Assembly (NCBI RefSeq): GCF_001194135.2
Contig: NC_068984.1
Coordinates: 67,782,187 to 67,846,186, forward strand
DNA length: 64,000 nucleotides
Reading direction: 5' to 3'
DNA from: Octopus bimaculoides
Lineage: Eukaryota
Part shown: positions 25,906 to 40,429 of the stretch, piece by piece
How the letters are laid out: the number at the start of each line of letters is the position of its first letter
Position numbering within the stretch: the first letter of the stretch is position 1
Translations under genes and position numbers: made by a program
The notes under the pieces: model-generated
What the model was told of the DNA's origin: nothing
Database searches by the model: none
The model's input: only the letters and a program-made list of their open reading frames with translations

Positions 25906-27277
25906 ATCTAGAGTTCAACGAGATAATGGAAGAGGAAATGAAAGAGCAACTAAGGATGGAGTATTTCCGAAGACTGAGGTTGGTGTTGCGCTCAAAATTG
26001 AGGGGATGGAATAAAATCCAAGCAGTTAATACGTGGGCGATAGTATCACTTCGGTAATGGAGCAGGAATTATAAAATGATAAAAGAAAGAAATGAAGAAA
26101 ATGGATACCAAGACCAGAAAAATGTTGGCAGTACACGGAGCCTTCCACTCTAAGAGTAACACCGGTAGGCTGTACTTGTCCAGAAGAAAGGGTGGGAGAG
26201 AGCTTTGATCAGTTGCCAGGACTGTATTGAAGCGGAGGAAAACAATGTAGAGCGGTATATAAAAAATGCCGTGAACCACTGTTCAAATACACGAAGAAGG
26301 CCGGCGTCATCAAAACTGAAAATTGTGTAACTAAAGAAAAATTTAAACAAGAAATGAACAAAAAAAAAAAATGAAAAAGCATGGAAGGAAAAGAAAATGT
26401 ACGGTCAGTTTGCAAGAGATGTGAACGCGAAGACAGATACAGAGGACCTGTGGCTATGGATGGAGCGGAGTGACCTGAAGATAGAGACAAGCAGTCATAT
26501 GCGCAGCTCAGGAACAAGCGTTAAGGACCAATTATATGGAGTACAGAATAGACACTACCGATAGCGACAAAGGCAAAATGTGTGGTGAGAGGGGTGAAAC
26601 GGCATGGCACATCGTTAGCGAATGTCCGAAGCTGGCATAACGCAAATACAAATGACGCCATGATAATGTGGCAATAATGATGCATTGAGAGCTCTATGGA
26701 AATTATGGCCTGCAATGAGCAAAGACGTGGTATGAGCAAGCGCCAGAAAGAGTCACCGAAAATAAGAATCGCAAAGTCCTGTGGGATGCAATGATCCAGT
26801 GCGATCATCTGACCAGACATCAGAAACTGGACGTTGTTGTGGTCAATAAAAAAGAAAGAACATGAATGATTATCGACATAGTATACCCCTGTGACAACAG
26901 GATCAATGTGAAAGAAGAAAAAATTAACAACTATGACGATTTAAAGTGGAAAATACGAATGTTGTGGCCAATGAAGAGAGTAGACGTGATACCAATAGTA
27001 ATTGGTGCACATGGAAGCATCAACACTCAACTGCCAACATGGCTGAAGAAGATCGGTCCAAGAGTGAAGGTAGAACAGCAGCAAAAATCAGAATTGCTTG
27101 GAACTGCAAGAATTCTTCGCTGGGTTCTTGAAGTATGACCAGTAAACATGTGTCACCTTAGTTTGCTGGCTGTGGACAGCTGACACTTTCCATCATACCC
27201 AGCAAAATAAGCTGTTAGTTTTCATATAATAATAACAATAACAACAACAACAACAACAACAACAATAATAATAATAA
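25906..27277 (+). mobile_element. 5'-truncated R4/Dong-like non-LTR retrotransposon with (AAT/AAC)n tail
   Basis: EYFRRLRLVLRSKLRGWNKIQAVNTWA (post-RT); zinc knuckle DKGKMCGERGETAWHIVSECPKLA (first Cys mutated to Gly); RLE motifs HQKLDVVVV, IIDIVYPCD, KINNYDDLKWKIRMLW, VIPIVIGAHG and LLGTARILRWVLEV* (stop at 27138); short 3' UTR and simple-repeat tail ~27226-27277. Stops and frameshifts are present. Confidence 0.92.
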
Positions 27278-28984
27278 TTTCATGAGAGAAGGTCGTATTT
27301 CAATGAAACAATCGTACATTGATGTAATAAAAAGACTTGCTCACCCCATTCACTTTACGCGTGTGTGTGTACATATACATGCAGACATACGTACACATGT
27401 ATATTATAAAGTACAAATGCATTAAAAAAAACTTATTACTAAGTTCTTTGTGTATTTTCTTTTTTCCATCTTTCATATTTGGAATATATAATTATAGTCA
27501 TAATTTTATTTTGCAAGTACTAAATTACATTACATTACATTACATTATGTTTATATTTTACAAACAGAAGATTTTACATCCAGAAGATATGTATTTTAAA
27601 TTTAGACAATGTTTCCATTACGATGTCTGGTATAAAATAAAAACCATAATTTAAGAAATGAAATTCAAATTACAGAACAAGCAATTGAAAACATCATCTT
27701 GTTTTTATTTAAAATATTGAACCACTCACAAGCGCATATACATTAATTCCAGATAATTTATAGGCTATTTTCCAAAGCGTATTATATTGTAAACAACATT
27801 CTGGATTCGTCCTTGCATAGAGGAAGAACTGTTTACAATTGAATAATCTTATTTCGATAAAAATTTCGTCACCATATAAACACGGATGATAAGAGCTGTC
27901 TACGTAGTATATAAAGTAAATGCGAGATTAATTACCAGGTTGGTTGGATCCAAATAAATCAAACGGAATATTACTAAAATATGCTATGTATTTCCAAGCG
28001 GTTCCGTGAACTGTACTGCACTGGTTTAAATGTGAAGGAACGGAACGATGCCAGTAGAAATAAATGCATTATCTAAGTGATTGCAGATAAATATTTTATT
28101 CATTGAAGAATTTAGAATTTGCATGTAGAAAGAACAATTTATAGAACTGATTAAATACTATTTATTGAATTAACTCTTCATACATTCACTATATAACAAA
28201 TATAAGTCTAGAACTACCATCGTATACCTTGATACAGTTTTATGAAACTGTATTTCGTAGAAATGTGCATGCTGTTTTTAAGCTATTATAAGACTGAGTT
28301 TATGTGTAAAAATTCTTTTGATGGCTTTGTTCTGCAGTATATTCAAATGTTCACTATTTCCATATATTGTAGGATAAAATATATTCACTCATGAAACCGA
28401 GTTTTGTTTTCATCCCAGTTGAAAAGGGTTGATCGCGTATTGATTTAAACTTTTGATCACAAGTACATAAAACAACTGCGTCGAATCGTTTTATTGAATT
28501 ATTTCATGTAGTATAGAAATGATTAGCCTATATTTTGTACACATGTCAATTGAAACACGAATGAAAACATTGTTGCCGTCAGTAATGAAATATATACTTG
28601 CATGAGATAATAAATCAATGAAAATAACAGGAATAGTCCTTTAATATTTTGTGGAAGGGCTAATAATAGTGAAATTGAACGAACGGAACTTTATTATTTT
28701 CGGTAAACAACGAAGTAAAAAGAGTTTAGAAAGCGTTTAGAAACATTTAAATGCCAAGGCCTGAATGTAGTTACAAACGATATGCAAACTATAAACATTG
28801 ACGCATACGAAGGTCCCTTCCATTCAAACCTATAATTATGTGATTTATATATTTCAGAAAATGCATTTTAAGAACACACATACACAGATGTAAGCATGCA
28901 TGCATGCAGGTATGTATGTATGTATGTATGCATGTATGTATGCATGTATGTATTATGAATCCATGTATGAATGTATGCAGGTAT

Positions 28985-29520
28985 GTAATGACTTTATAGC
29001 CGTTGCATTCACTACTACAGCCTTATTTCTGGTTAACAAATATGTTAGCTCAGATCGAGCAGACATTATCGTAAGCGTTCGAGGCATAACTATCCCATTT
29101 ATTTCTAAACTTACTATATTGAGAATCAGCATTATTCCATATATTCTGATATTTTTAAGACATTCGTTTGTAATATGCCAGCAATTAAGCAACTGGGTTT
29201 TGCATGTACAAGTTGTGTTGCTGTTCATCCGTAGAATTCAAATTTGTTTTTAGTTAACGAATAAAACGGAATAGAGAGAATACCTATTGAGATTATAGCT
29301 TTGCAGAGAGTCAAGTTCTACTGAAATAATTTCATGCTATCCCAAATATTTATGAACACACAAATTCATTCAAATGTAGATTTAGACGATCTAATTTTTC
29401 TGCTACTAACAAGGAATTACTGCAAAATGTTAAAACAAAATGTCGGTTTTGCGGTTGTGAAGGAATTCGACCTGATGCCGCAAAAAGGCGTGTTTTCCAT
29501 GAAAATCATTTAATAAAGAG
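28985..29520 (+). pseudogene. Decayed LRR fragment (TLR-like)
   Basis: FISKLTILRISII (in ORF 28900-29253), EYLLRL*L and LDDLIFLLLTRNYCKMLKQNVGFAVVKEFDL. Confidence 0.45.
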
Positions 29521-31254
29521 GCAATGAAATACACATTATATTTTTGCAGTGGATTTAGCACCAGTAAAAGTATTGTTTAGTAACTAGTTACAATACAACA
29601 CATACTTAATTTCGATTAATACTCTGTATATTTCGCATTAAGTATAACGGTAGCATTGATTATGACATTTTCCCTGGGATACAACATAAATTCAAAACCT
29701 CAAACAACGCGTAATCGTTGCTGTCTAGCAGTACATGATACGTAGGCATCACACATTAGAGCAAAATAATTCATGAATTGACATCATAAACTGAGACAAA
29801 TTTTAAGTTTATAGTTTTCCTACTAATTTGCGTGAGTTACATGGGAAACATTCAAATAAGAAAAAGAAAGACAAGACAAAGCTAAAATGAAAGAGTGTCT
29901 AATACAAAGAAACCATTTAGGAAGCTATAAAGTTGAATAGATATCAAATCAAACACTAAATACAGATTAAATTCATTACTTTATCGCTTTGAACGTATAT
30001 TATAAAAAAATAGAAAATTTATATTGAATGTATAAAGACAATATACAAAATATATTCAAAGCAACCTATTTCCCATTAAAAATACACCTGAATGTATCAT
30101 TCGTGCTTCAAAGAGTAAATGTCTCATGTCGAATTATATAGTAAATATTTAGTCAGTCATTCGGAAATCTTTGTACTTACATTTCATTCAAACAATCAAT
30201 CGATCCACACGTTCGGGTATTATGGGACATGATACAATTGAAAATAAATTTGATTAAGAATTAAAGTATATAGTCGTCCAAATCTCCAGCTGAGAGAACC
30301 GAATGATAACATGATCTACTTCTCTTGGCCAATGTAGTGTAATAGTACATCGCTTATAATTTTGGCTTCAGCAATTGTAATACCATATAATATTTAATAG
30401 TCTTCATACTAATCAATTCTTCAAGTTGAAATGTTTTATCAACACATTTTTTAAATTTTTACACATTTATAGTTGAGTGTAAACAATTTTATTCTAATAT
30501 CGTACTGGATTAAATATGAAATGGCATTTATTGTTTTTACATTCGGAGTTCAAAACCTACCGAAGTCTACTTTATCTTCCACCTATCCAGATCAATTAAA
30601 CAGTGTACATGAATTGATTTAATGAGCTATAAGCTTTTCCCTAAAAATGTGGTCTTGTGTGTATATTAGAAATCGATATTTTCTCATTCATCGGAAACTT
30701 TTGCGGTTATACATTAGCTAGATATTCGATGTTTATAAGCTCAAGCATAATGAGATATTTCCTTTCTGCGATGAAATTCAGAGTAAAAATAGCTATAATA
30801 AAATGATATTGTTCGTCAGTTTTTGAAATGAACGATTCTAAATTAAGAAACTTCTTTTTATCAAGTGATTTAGTTAAAAAATGTACTAATTTCACCGTTA
30901 ATATCTGCAATTGTATTATAAAATGAAACTGCCTGCATGCAGATCCATTCATAGAGTTGAAGTTTCTAACCGGTACTCTTCAATTTGGAGTACAAAATGT
31001 GGTATATCCGTATGTTTTTCCATGAGTAAGCTTTGGCAGTGTGAATTAATGTAGAAGAATATGATAATGTGAGGACATGATAAAATTCATACACAAATTC
31101 GTTTTCGTGAACCATGATCACATTATATTATTTTTAGTTTGTTCCCAAGACCCAACAAAAACTATGCATTATTCGAATTAATATTTCTTAACTAAACACA
31201 CTACAAAAATTTAGATGACTTAAACATCCTACGCTTTATATGTCTTGTAAATAT

Positions 31255-31456
31255 TGGTTTCAAATTTTAGAAGAAAGCCATCAACTTTGCGGGGTGAGAG
31301 TAAGTATTCAACTGGTACTTATTTTATCGACCCCGCAGGAACAAAAGATAAAGTTGATGAAAGGTAAGGCGGAATTTGAACTGAGAACGTAAAGACGAAC
31401 GAAATGCTGCTAAACGTTTTGCTTGGCGTGCTTATGATTGTACCAGCTAGCCGCCT
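31255..31456 (-). mobile_element. tRNA-head SINE (second family)
   Basis: CAACTGGTACTTATTTTATCGACCCCG..GGCGGAATTTGAACTGAGAACGTAAAGACGAACGAAATG..CCAGCTAGCCGCC. Confidence 0.88.
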
Positions 31457-31869
31457 TATGTCTTTTGTATAGAGCCTACGTAGCAAAATCGTCTAACCGA
31501 AAATGATCCACTCTTTTATTTCATAATTCAAAATTATAATTCTGCCATATTATGTTAGTATATAGTCCTGCTTAGTTTAGCTTACAAATTCGAGCATGAG
31601 CTTAATTGTTTCAGTTAACTTCGGTAAACACTAATGCTGTTACGAATCTCAGTACACTGAAACAAATATTTTAATACTATTCTTACTACTGTATCTTCTA
31701 CCCAGTTCAGACGAACATAAAAAAAAACACACACACACGGAGAAATAGTTAAGACATCAATAACAACGATAGTTCCAAACACTGAACAGGTGACGCACAA
31801 CTCTATTAATGAATAAAGAGCACACTGACGGGGATCAGCTTAATCCCTTACGCCGTGTCTAGCGGTTAA

Positions 31870-32160
31870 ATTTTTGTCTCACAGAAGCAGACTAGTCAGG
31901 GAACCATACATTGCTAAACGCTCAAACTGTACCTCATAAGAAGTCGTGGCTATTGAGATAACTTTGATGACGGGTTTTCTCAATCAGAGATAATCTTGGA
32001 TTGACTAGCATCATATAATTCATCCGTGATTGCTTCTCAACCTTTGTGTTGACCTGAAACTCTGTCGACCGATGTGTTTTTTAAATGATTAAGCCTCATA
32101 TGATCAAGCTTCATATAGCTTTAAAATATACGAAAGTGTACTACAACTCCATAACATCGT
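31870..32160 (+). pseudogene. Decayed LRR fragment (TLR-like)
   Basis: One frame gives LTEAD*SGN, RVFSIRDNLGLTSI and VYYNSITS. Confidence 0.45.
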
Positions 32161-32644
32161 AAAAATCCTACTTGAGCAATCATTAGAGGAAGAAAATAAA
32201 ATAAACATGCAATAAACTAAATAATCTCATTAGCGCTAAGTTATAGGATACGGACCTATCCTGTTATATTAAGATATAGACCTATCCAACTTGACCTAAC
32301 CCCTCTACAGTAACCACCAGAACATACAAATTTTGTATACAAATACAAACTGAACAAGTAGAAAAGTCAACATATCCAGACAAATACATTGTTGATGGAA
32401 GTTGTCAGGTAAGTCTCTACACTTAATCGTTCGGTTATCATACCGAATAACTGCAGCTTGTATTATCCCATCTGACTAGACGCTAAACAAAACATTAGCA
32501 TGAACCATAAAGAACAACGTAATGGTTTTGGCACAAGAGCAACAATTTTAAGGAGAGGGTTATTTGACTGTTACTTTATGTTATGGACTTCCGAAAGGAT
32601 GAAAGATAATTTGGCCAAAGTGGAATTTTTAACTCAAATGTTAA

Positions 32645-32845
32645 AAGCCGGGAGAAATGCCGTTAAACATTTTGTTCAATGCGCTAAACATACTGACAGC
32701 TAAGCGCCGTATCCTTCAAAATTTGAGCACAAGGCCAGAAATTTCAGGTTGGCTGGGTAGTCTATTATATCGATCCCAGTTCTTGGCTAGTACTTTATTT
32801 TATCGAGACCGCGAAAGAATGAAATGCAAAGTTGACCTCGGTGGT
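32645..32845 (-). mobile_element. SINE fragments (second family), rearranged
   Basis: GAAATGCCGTTAAACATTTTG..CAGCTAAGCGCC followed by AAGGCCAGAAATTT..TTTTATCGAGACC..GCAAAGTTGACCTCGG. Confidence 0.7.
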
Positions 32846-32936
32846 AAATAAATACTGCACAAGGCATTTTTTAAGCTCAAAAGACTAAACTCATCCAACA
32901 CTCTGAAACAAGAACATCAACAACAACTACAACGAC

Positions 32937-33016
<80 letters not shown>
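32937..33016. repeat. (AAT)n microsatellite
   Basis: Directly visible. Confidence 0.95.
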
Positions 33017-33019
<3 letters not shown>

Positions 33020-33025
33020 ACTATA

Positions 33026-33245
33026 GGCGCAGGAGTGGCTGTGTGGTAAGTAGCTTGCTTATCAACCACATGATTCCTAGTTCAGTCCCACTGCGTGGCA
33101 CCTTGGGCAAGTGTCTTCTACTACAGCCTCGGGCCGACCAAAGCCTTGTGAGTGGATTTGGTAGACGGAAACTGAAAGAAACCCGTCGTATATATATGTA
33201 TATATATGTATGTCTGTTTCTGTGTCTGTGTTTGTCCCCCCACTA
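33026..33245 (+). mobile_element. tRNA-head SINE, 5' half, little decayed
   Basis: GGCGCAGGAGTGGCTGTGTGGTAAG (A-box-like), AGTTCAGTCCC (B-box-like), CCTTGGGCAAGTGTCTTCTACT..GGTAGACGGAAACTGAAAGAAACCCGTCG and an internal (TA/TG)n tract. Confidence 0.9.
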
Positions 33246-34064
33246 TCATGTTTTGTTCTTCTCAAACTTAGAATGCTATGTAGAAATCGAAAATGGTATC
33301 TTTCAAACATGATAATTGATAACATACAATTGTTTTTTATTAGTGTGTACGTTTATATAATGAAATTAATGTTTTATAAATTTTTCAGTAATTTGTATCA
33401 TTATCTTGATTGACTAAAAGTCTATGGGAAAAAGAAATTCCACTAGACACGTCATCGTCTGAGCAGTATCCTAGTTTTACAATAGCATGGTTCAATTAAT
33501 TCGATAAGTATATTTACTGAGCAACAGCATGCAGAGCTCGATTCATTGGATGTGAAGACTATTCGAAAAGATAGCTATAGCCTCAGTTTTCTAACCTCAC
33601 ATATATTTTATTTAACAAAATTAGATCATTCCATATATTTCCTTCCTTTTTTATGGCCTTTTAAGTGGATTTTATGGTATATTTTGAATAACCATTTTAA
33701 AAAATCATTGTCAATAAATTCTTTGGAACCTACAAGGGGCTCCGATTTAAGCGTCAAATTAACCCAGCTTACTCACCGACTAACTTATTTCCCTTTGTGA
33801 ACTTTTTAATACATAGATTTACATATTTTTTTCTTTATTGAAGAGAGTAATAAATAAACGTTAATATCGTTTATATCGTTTATAAATACAGTATTTAAAT
33901 ATACTTCAGGTAAATACATACATTAATGGCACATATATTCTGAAAGTTATCCGACTTTTAACTCGATACATTTTTATTATCTCTCAACTTTACTCGCTGA
34001 TACATTCACACACACTCACATACACGTGTGTGTGCATGTGTATGGGTGTATGCGTGCGTGTGTA

Positions 34065-34135
<71 letters not shown>

Positions 34136-35109
34136 ACACGATTAAAATGCTGATTGGTCGATAATTTATGGTGAAATTGATAATCAGTAATAACAACTAA
34201 ATCTCAGCGACAATTTAGAATATTTAAAACCATGATGTATAACAATATCTCATTTTTATTTCCCTTTCCCTAAGCTACAAGTCAGTTAATATGACCAAAC
34301 ATAATTATTACAAACCCTTGATACCTAGGAGCGTTTCATTTTAGAAAGAAAATCCTACTTGTGAAACGCAAACCATTATTTATTGACTCGGTTTCCTTTC
34401 TAGAAATACATTTCTATTTGTTTCAAAATTGGCACCATGACTAAACTCATACTTACACATAAAATGGCTCAGCTGAATAAAAAAAAATAGTTAAGAGTTA
34501 TTCATGCATATTTGTATGTAATAGCATAATACGCGCATAAGCACGATTAAGATAACACAAGAAGAAATCAATATTTCGTTGATGTTTGGCTTACGACGAT
34601 TTCTTTTACACTTCCCGATTGATTTAAACATTTGAGCTAAGTCTGATATCTAAAGTAACAGACACTGTGTCTCCTGCCGAAAGTTTGATCAAAAATAAAC
34701 GTTCTGTTGAAAAAAAGCAAGGAAAGATATCTATCTATCTCAGTCAAGCATATTTAGCGATTTGTGATATTAACTCCCATCTAATAAGTAAATACAATTT
34801 TCCAATACGAAACCTCGACCACAAGCAACAAGCAACTAAAATTGATATGTTGGAATGAAAGAAAAAGATAACGAATATTTTTCTTTGTCTTATCTCAATC
34901 ACATTTTTTAAGGGAATAACAGCAAATTCCTATTTGGTTAAATGACTAACTAGCTGCATTTTTTAATGTTCTTTTATTGTCGGGGTATTTTTGTTTTGTT
35001 TTTTTGGTCCTAATCGAGAGTTATATCTGCTTCAGTTCTCATCGCAAAATGCCAATGCCTAATAGTTACCCTCGTAAAGGCTTTTTTCATAGCCGAAAGT
35101 AGCATCATA

Positions 35110-36600
35110 CTGTATAATTAACAATTGTTTCGTTAGCTAGGAATACTGAACTGAAACACTTTAATAGTAGATGGATATCACTCCAGAGTATCTTTCTCAA
35201 ATCACTACATGATGTATTGCTTGTGACTGATACCAAAATTTTCATATAGATATATTTAGATTTGAACATCTCTACTGTAACAGAAGATAACTTCTAAAGT
35301 ATCCCATTAACACAATCTGCCATATAAATGTTATTGTTCATAGCCAAGAAATTCTCTTAGATCTTCAGCAGCTGCAATGCAATAATGTTATCGGAATTTT
35401 ACTTTTAGTCGATAGACAAGGTATATATGATTATCAAGGCATTAGGGATTCTGGCCATATCTATAAGCATAATATATGCATTCAATATATAAAACGAAAA
35501 TATTGCTTTGCTTTTTATGAAAGCCTTTTGTGTGATGTTAAAAAATATATGATGAAATATACCTGAGTAGAATACTCTCAATATACTTTTCCTATATACC
35601 TTTGCTGTTGAGTCTGAATATTTTAACATCTGGAGCTCTATCACTTTGTATATATTGCATAGAATTACTGACGCACAGTGGAACATCTCTAATTAGGTCG
35701 TATTCTATACAAATTAATCGTTATAGCAATGAAGAAATTCATTAAACAATGAGTGACTTGTATATCAAATGAAATATGTAGAATCCCTATTTACAGTTCT
35801 GTGGCATTTGAATCTAATTGAACTAACATCGCGCTTCATCGAATATTCTTTTTGAAGAAAAGCAGCAGTGTATCAAATCAAAGAAATTTTGTAATAACTA
35901 TTTATTTGTCTTGGAATAGAAGTAATTGTCGCAAAACGTTTGTCACTATAACAAAAGTAAATCTTTTTAGCTACATGTTTATTTTCAGTTGAGGAAATGA
36001 TGAAAACAACACCAAAGAGAATAAATAAATGGAGCATTTTATGTACCAACTGAAAAATTTATTTTAGATATTTATTTCAAATTTTGGCTCAAGGCCAGCA
36101 AGTTCGAGGAAATGAATGTGCTGATTACATCGATCCCAATGTTGAACTAGCATTTATTTTATCGACCACGAAAGGACGAAGGGCAAAGTCGACCTTGGCG
36201 GAATTTGAACTCAGAACTTAAAGTTATTATAGATATTAACTTGACTGATATATAAATAGTCTAAAAAATTATGCATAGAACTAACTGTATAGAAGATGAT
36301 TAAGTCTTAAAAAATTGGAAATGGCTATAGTTCAATTGCTTAACTTGTATTTTATAAGCTCTAACATCACTTCAGGATGTGCTAAAAAAACTTCGTTATA
36401 AACTAATAACTGCATCTATACCTTGAGATTATTTTTTTAGATATGGTTCATACACAGTGACTAATTGAGAACGCATTCGATCTTCTGAACATACTGTACT
36501 TACACAGAACGAGACTTAACTAAGTTGAAGTTATGACCCTCCATTAGCCAGGCTGGTATTATTTCTCTCGGAAATAAAACCCCAAATGGATTTTAGAGCG
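35110..36600 (+). pseudogene. Decayed mcc-type TLR ectodomain fragment, interrupted by a SINE
   Basis: VSLARNTEL, FEHLYC, NLPYKCYCS* (~35311-35343, LRR-NT), NENIALLFMKAFCVMLKNI**NIPE*NTLNILFLYTFA (~35494-35606); after the SINE, IENAFDLLNILYLHRTRLN (36464-36520) and ISLGNK. Confidence 0.58.
36075..36220 (-). mobile_element. tRNA-head SINE fragment (second family)
   Basis: AAGGCCAGCAAG..GATTACATCGATCCC..TTTTATCGACCACGAAAGG..GCAAAGTCGACCTTGGCGGAATTTGAACTCAGAAC. Confidence 0.88.
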
Positions 36601-37422
36601 AGTATAGAAATATGGTCTTGTAGAGAACTGATTGCTTCGTGTTTTGCTTAGAATGTAGTTTGCATTTAAAGCCATAATTATTATTCACCCTATAGAAACT
36701 TCCTTTCATAAATCTTTAATTACAAAAGCTAATAAAAAAAATACCTGATAACAGCTCCTTTCTGTAAATTTCATTCATTGCTTTTACTATCTGTTCATGA
36801 TTTAAATTGATGAGTGAAAGGAATTCCATATTTCAGAAAAAAACGCCGCTGAAAGATATTCAATAGAGTAATATCCCAGAATTATTCATCAACCACTTCA
36901 ATCCTCGATCCATTAATTAAAGGTACATGTACTTCTTTTCACCTAAATCAAATGATGTTCATGGAACAATGAAATAACTGTTTACATATTCATATCGTTC
37001 CATATTTCCCATAATTTTTTTCTCAAACCTGTATAACGGGAATTTAAGAGTTTTACTCGAATTAAACCCTATTGTAGTTAACAACGAAGCTGAAAAATAT
37101 TTAATCATTCGATTTTAAAATACTATGGTGCTGGTAGTAGAGCAAGAGGTTATCTTCTGAGAAGCAAAAATCGGAGTGTGATTTCAATTTCCAGTTGAAA
37201 TAGGCTATTTCGTTTTAGTTATAACATTAATACCTTTTAGGTTATCACACACTTCCTAATTTATATCTTTTAAAATGCAAGGAATTTGTAATTAGTAAAA
37301 TAAAATATTTTTTGCTTTCAGGAATTAATTTCAATTTATCTTGCAAGTTTTAATGTATAGTAAACTATCTGTTTACCTATTTGTCTGTCTGTTTATTTGT
37401 CAGTATTGTCTGTATGTCTGTC

Positions 37423-37423
<1 letters not shown>

Positions 37424-37453
<30 letters not shown>

Positions 37454-37542
37454 GTATGTATGTATGTATGTATGTATGTATGTATGCATGTATGTGTATG
37501 TATGTATGTATGTATGTATGTATGTATGTATGTATGTATGTA
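37424..37542. repeat. (TATG)n microsatellite
   Basis: Directly visible. Confidence 0.95.
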
Positions 37543-38289
37543 TTTGTGAACCTGAGGTTTTACAACAAAAAATGGAATTATTACTTATTCGGTGAGATAG
37601 AAAAATCACAAAAAGCACTCTTTCTCAAATTCAAACTTATTTTTGCAACTTCATTGCTTTGCTTAGGAAGTGGGGGTAGAACAGTATCCATTTTCCGGGT
37701 TTAGTCTCATATAACTTAATTTGAAATTGAACTCCAGCAAATTTCTCGCTTAATATACGGTTTTCGTATGGGCAGTGTAACCTGTGGTAGTTATGTAATT
37801 GTAGTTTCTACGTTAAATTCACAAGGCAATAAAAATGTATCATTATCAGAAGTACCAGAAATTCGCAGCATTAAATTATCGTACCAACAACATTTTTCTT
37901 TTCAACTCAACTCGAATCGAATATAGATTAAGCATATTGGATGATGTAAGGTGATGATGTTGATACAAAATATCTACTATAAAAGTGTACACACATGATT
38001 GATAATATTGATTTTTATCGATCGATACACACATACACTTACACATATATACACACACAATCACACACACAAATATATATATATANNNNNNNNNNNNNNN
38101 NNNNNNNNNNNNNNNNNNNNNNNNNNNNNNNNNNNNNNNNNNNNNNNNNNNNNNNNNNTATATATAGACATTGAAGGTGAGTCTAAGATTAAAGATTACA
38201 TGCTTTATAGATTTTCATTTAACTATATATAATATATATAAGTACGTATTACTCTTATAAATGAGAAGAAACACGAATAAATAGTATAT

Positions 38290-39200
38290 CTCCAAACAAC
38301 TTTAGCCGAGCTTTCGAATTAGCAGTTTATGTATTTAGTACGCTGTTACGTAAAAGTTATGCACTTTTACCTCATTGTTCGAAACTTCACTTCACTAATG
38401 CGCTTGCAAAAAGTAACTATTTTTCGATTTTTAATTCCGTTTGCTTATGTGATAGATGTCTCGCCCGAAGCGTTAGAGTTTTCTTCTCTTCTTTCTCATA
38501 ACGTATTTTCTTTCTATTGTAATGTCTATTCTTCAGCATACAGACAAGTGTAACATAACATAGCTAAACAGTAGACGTGAGCAATATTGTAAGGTTAATG
38601 TTTATAGTCTGCACGTAGAAAAAGTGAATACACATAATGGTTTATTCCGACTCTGAAAATTATATGCATCAGTTATATACTGTAGATGTGATTTTGGGCT
38701 AAACCAACTGAGATCGGTATTAGAAATAGAGTATTCTTGTTCTGAGCTAAATCAAGTGAGACCAATATTACAAATAGTCTATTCCTGTTCAGCTACATCA
38801 TCTGAAAAATATGAAAATAGTTTACTTTTTAGATTGCCATCACTTTGCTTAGACCGTGCAACTAACTTTCAGAAAGATATAAAGCTCACAATTATTTCCT
38901 TTCCTTTAATAGAACATTTGATTTCGAGCTTATCTAAGATTTTACTATTCATATTATGCATTTAATTGTATACACACTCATCTGAGTGAAATTTTCATGG
39001 TTTATAAAATTATTAAACTATTTCTTGCATGCTAGTGTTATATCCATCATTTTGTAAATATCTGCAAGAGTTATTAAACAGTAGATCATAGAGCATATAC
39101 GACGGCAAAATGGATCAACTTCATATAAATACACTATGAATAATAATTTTGTGCATAACTAAGCAATGCAATGTGAAATCAGTTCTTAATTATCTGTCAA
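38290..39200 (+). pseudogene. Decayed TLR-like fragment (LRR, LRR-CT, TM, weak TIR)
   Basis: RNFTSLMRLQKVTI and SLLSHNVFSFYC (ORF 38329-38553); YSCSATSSEKYENSLLFRLPSLC followed by a hydrophobic stretch (ORF 38756-38965); IIEHIRRQ...NNFVHN*AMQCEI (~39085-39180). Confidence 0.45.
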
Positions 39201-40429
39201 CACGTGGAGCCTTAAAATCTTGTTTGCCTTGTGATCATTGATTGTAAAATATTTCTTCTATTTATTTCATGAGATTAGAATACACTATAATTTATTTTTT
39301 GTGGGTTTTTACATAGAAAACAAGAAACAAAGATAAATCAGAAATAAAATGAACTAGCGTACAACTATGTTACATTTTATGTTTTAAGACATAAATTGTA
39401 AGCATTTCTCGATAAGTTGTTCTACAATTTGAGATTCCATATTTTAAATTAATTTTGTGAATTTCTAAACACAGTTTAACTTTTGTATTATTGATTCTAT
39501 GGAAGCTGGAATTATAGAAGATTTGCAATTTTAATGACTACTAATTAAAGAGTTAGATTATTGATATAATAATATTTTAATGTTGTGCTTTCTTATTTTG
39601 AAAAATGCATGTATCCCCAATATAGCTAAGGAGATTCTGCTTAAAAATTCAAATCTGTAAGATAATAAAATATACTAATAATTCAGAAATATAATATTAC
39701 TCGCTGATCATTGAAAACTACACAAATATTATTTAATATACACATTCCAATTAGGTAGTTAGAAATAACTTTATTTTATTATTTATACCTTATTTTAGAG
39801 ACATGACTCAATATATATATCCTGCTTGTCAAAAGTATTACACAGTTGGAAAACCGGAGGACAGAACAAATGCACATATAATTATATTTTTCTCTGTAGT
39901 AATATATTTATTTATAAAGGTATTGCGAGTCACACGTGAATGTTTTGGTACACACACAAAATAGTAATAAAGGTACTATATACAAAATTTACGAACCGCT
40001 GATTGGATACTCCGTGTGATAAATAATATATGTACTCTCAATATACCATGGTGTTTCACTTACAACAATGAAAGGTTTTTCTTTAAATTTTATATCAAGG
40101 GTAGTATGAATCCAGACAGATAAATTTATCTACAAATTGATAATTGAAAACAGACTTTCACTTAATATTTTCATATTTACGTTGCATAATTCTCATGAAA
40201 AAATTTGTAAATAAAACTTTGACCTTTAGAGAATACATCAATGCTGCACACTGAATCTAAGGTGAATATGTAATCAAATTATCAGACGATTCCTTCCCAC
40301 CACCAAAAAACACAAAACAACAACAATAACAAACGTGATGTATATGGTGTCATGTGAATATTCAGGATTGAGAAAAAGTTAGGGTCAACAGTTTACATAT
40401 ATGTACGTTATTGATTAAATGTGAAAACA

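Noticed and set aside
34625-34710. Minus-strand acceptor-like TTTTTTTCAACAG followed by RLFLIKLSAGDTVSVTL (C1q/TNF-like strand)
   Set aside because: A single short match ending in a stop, with no partner exons found; insufficient support.
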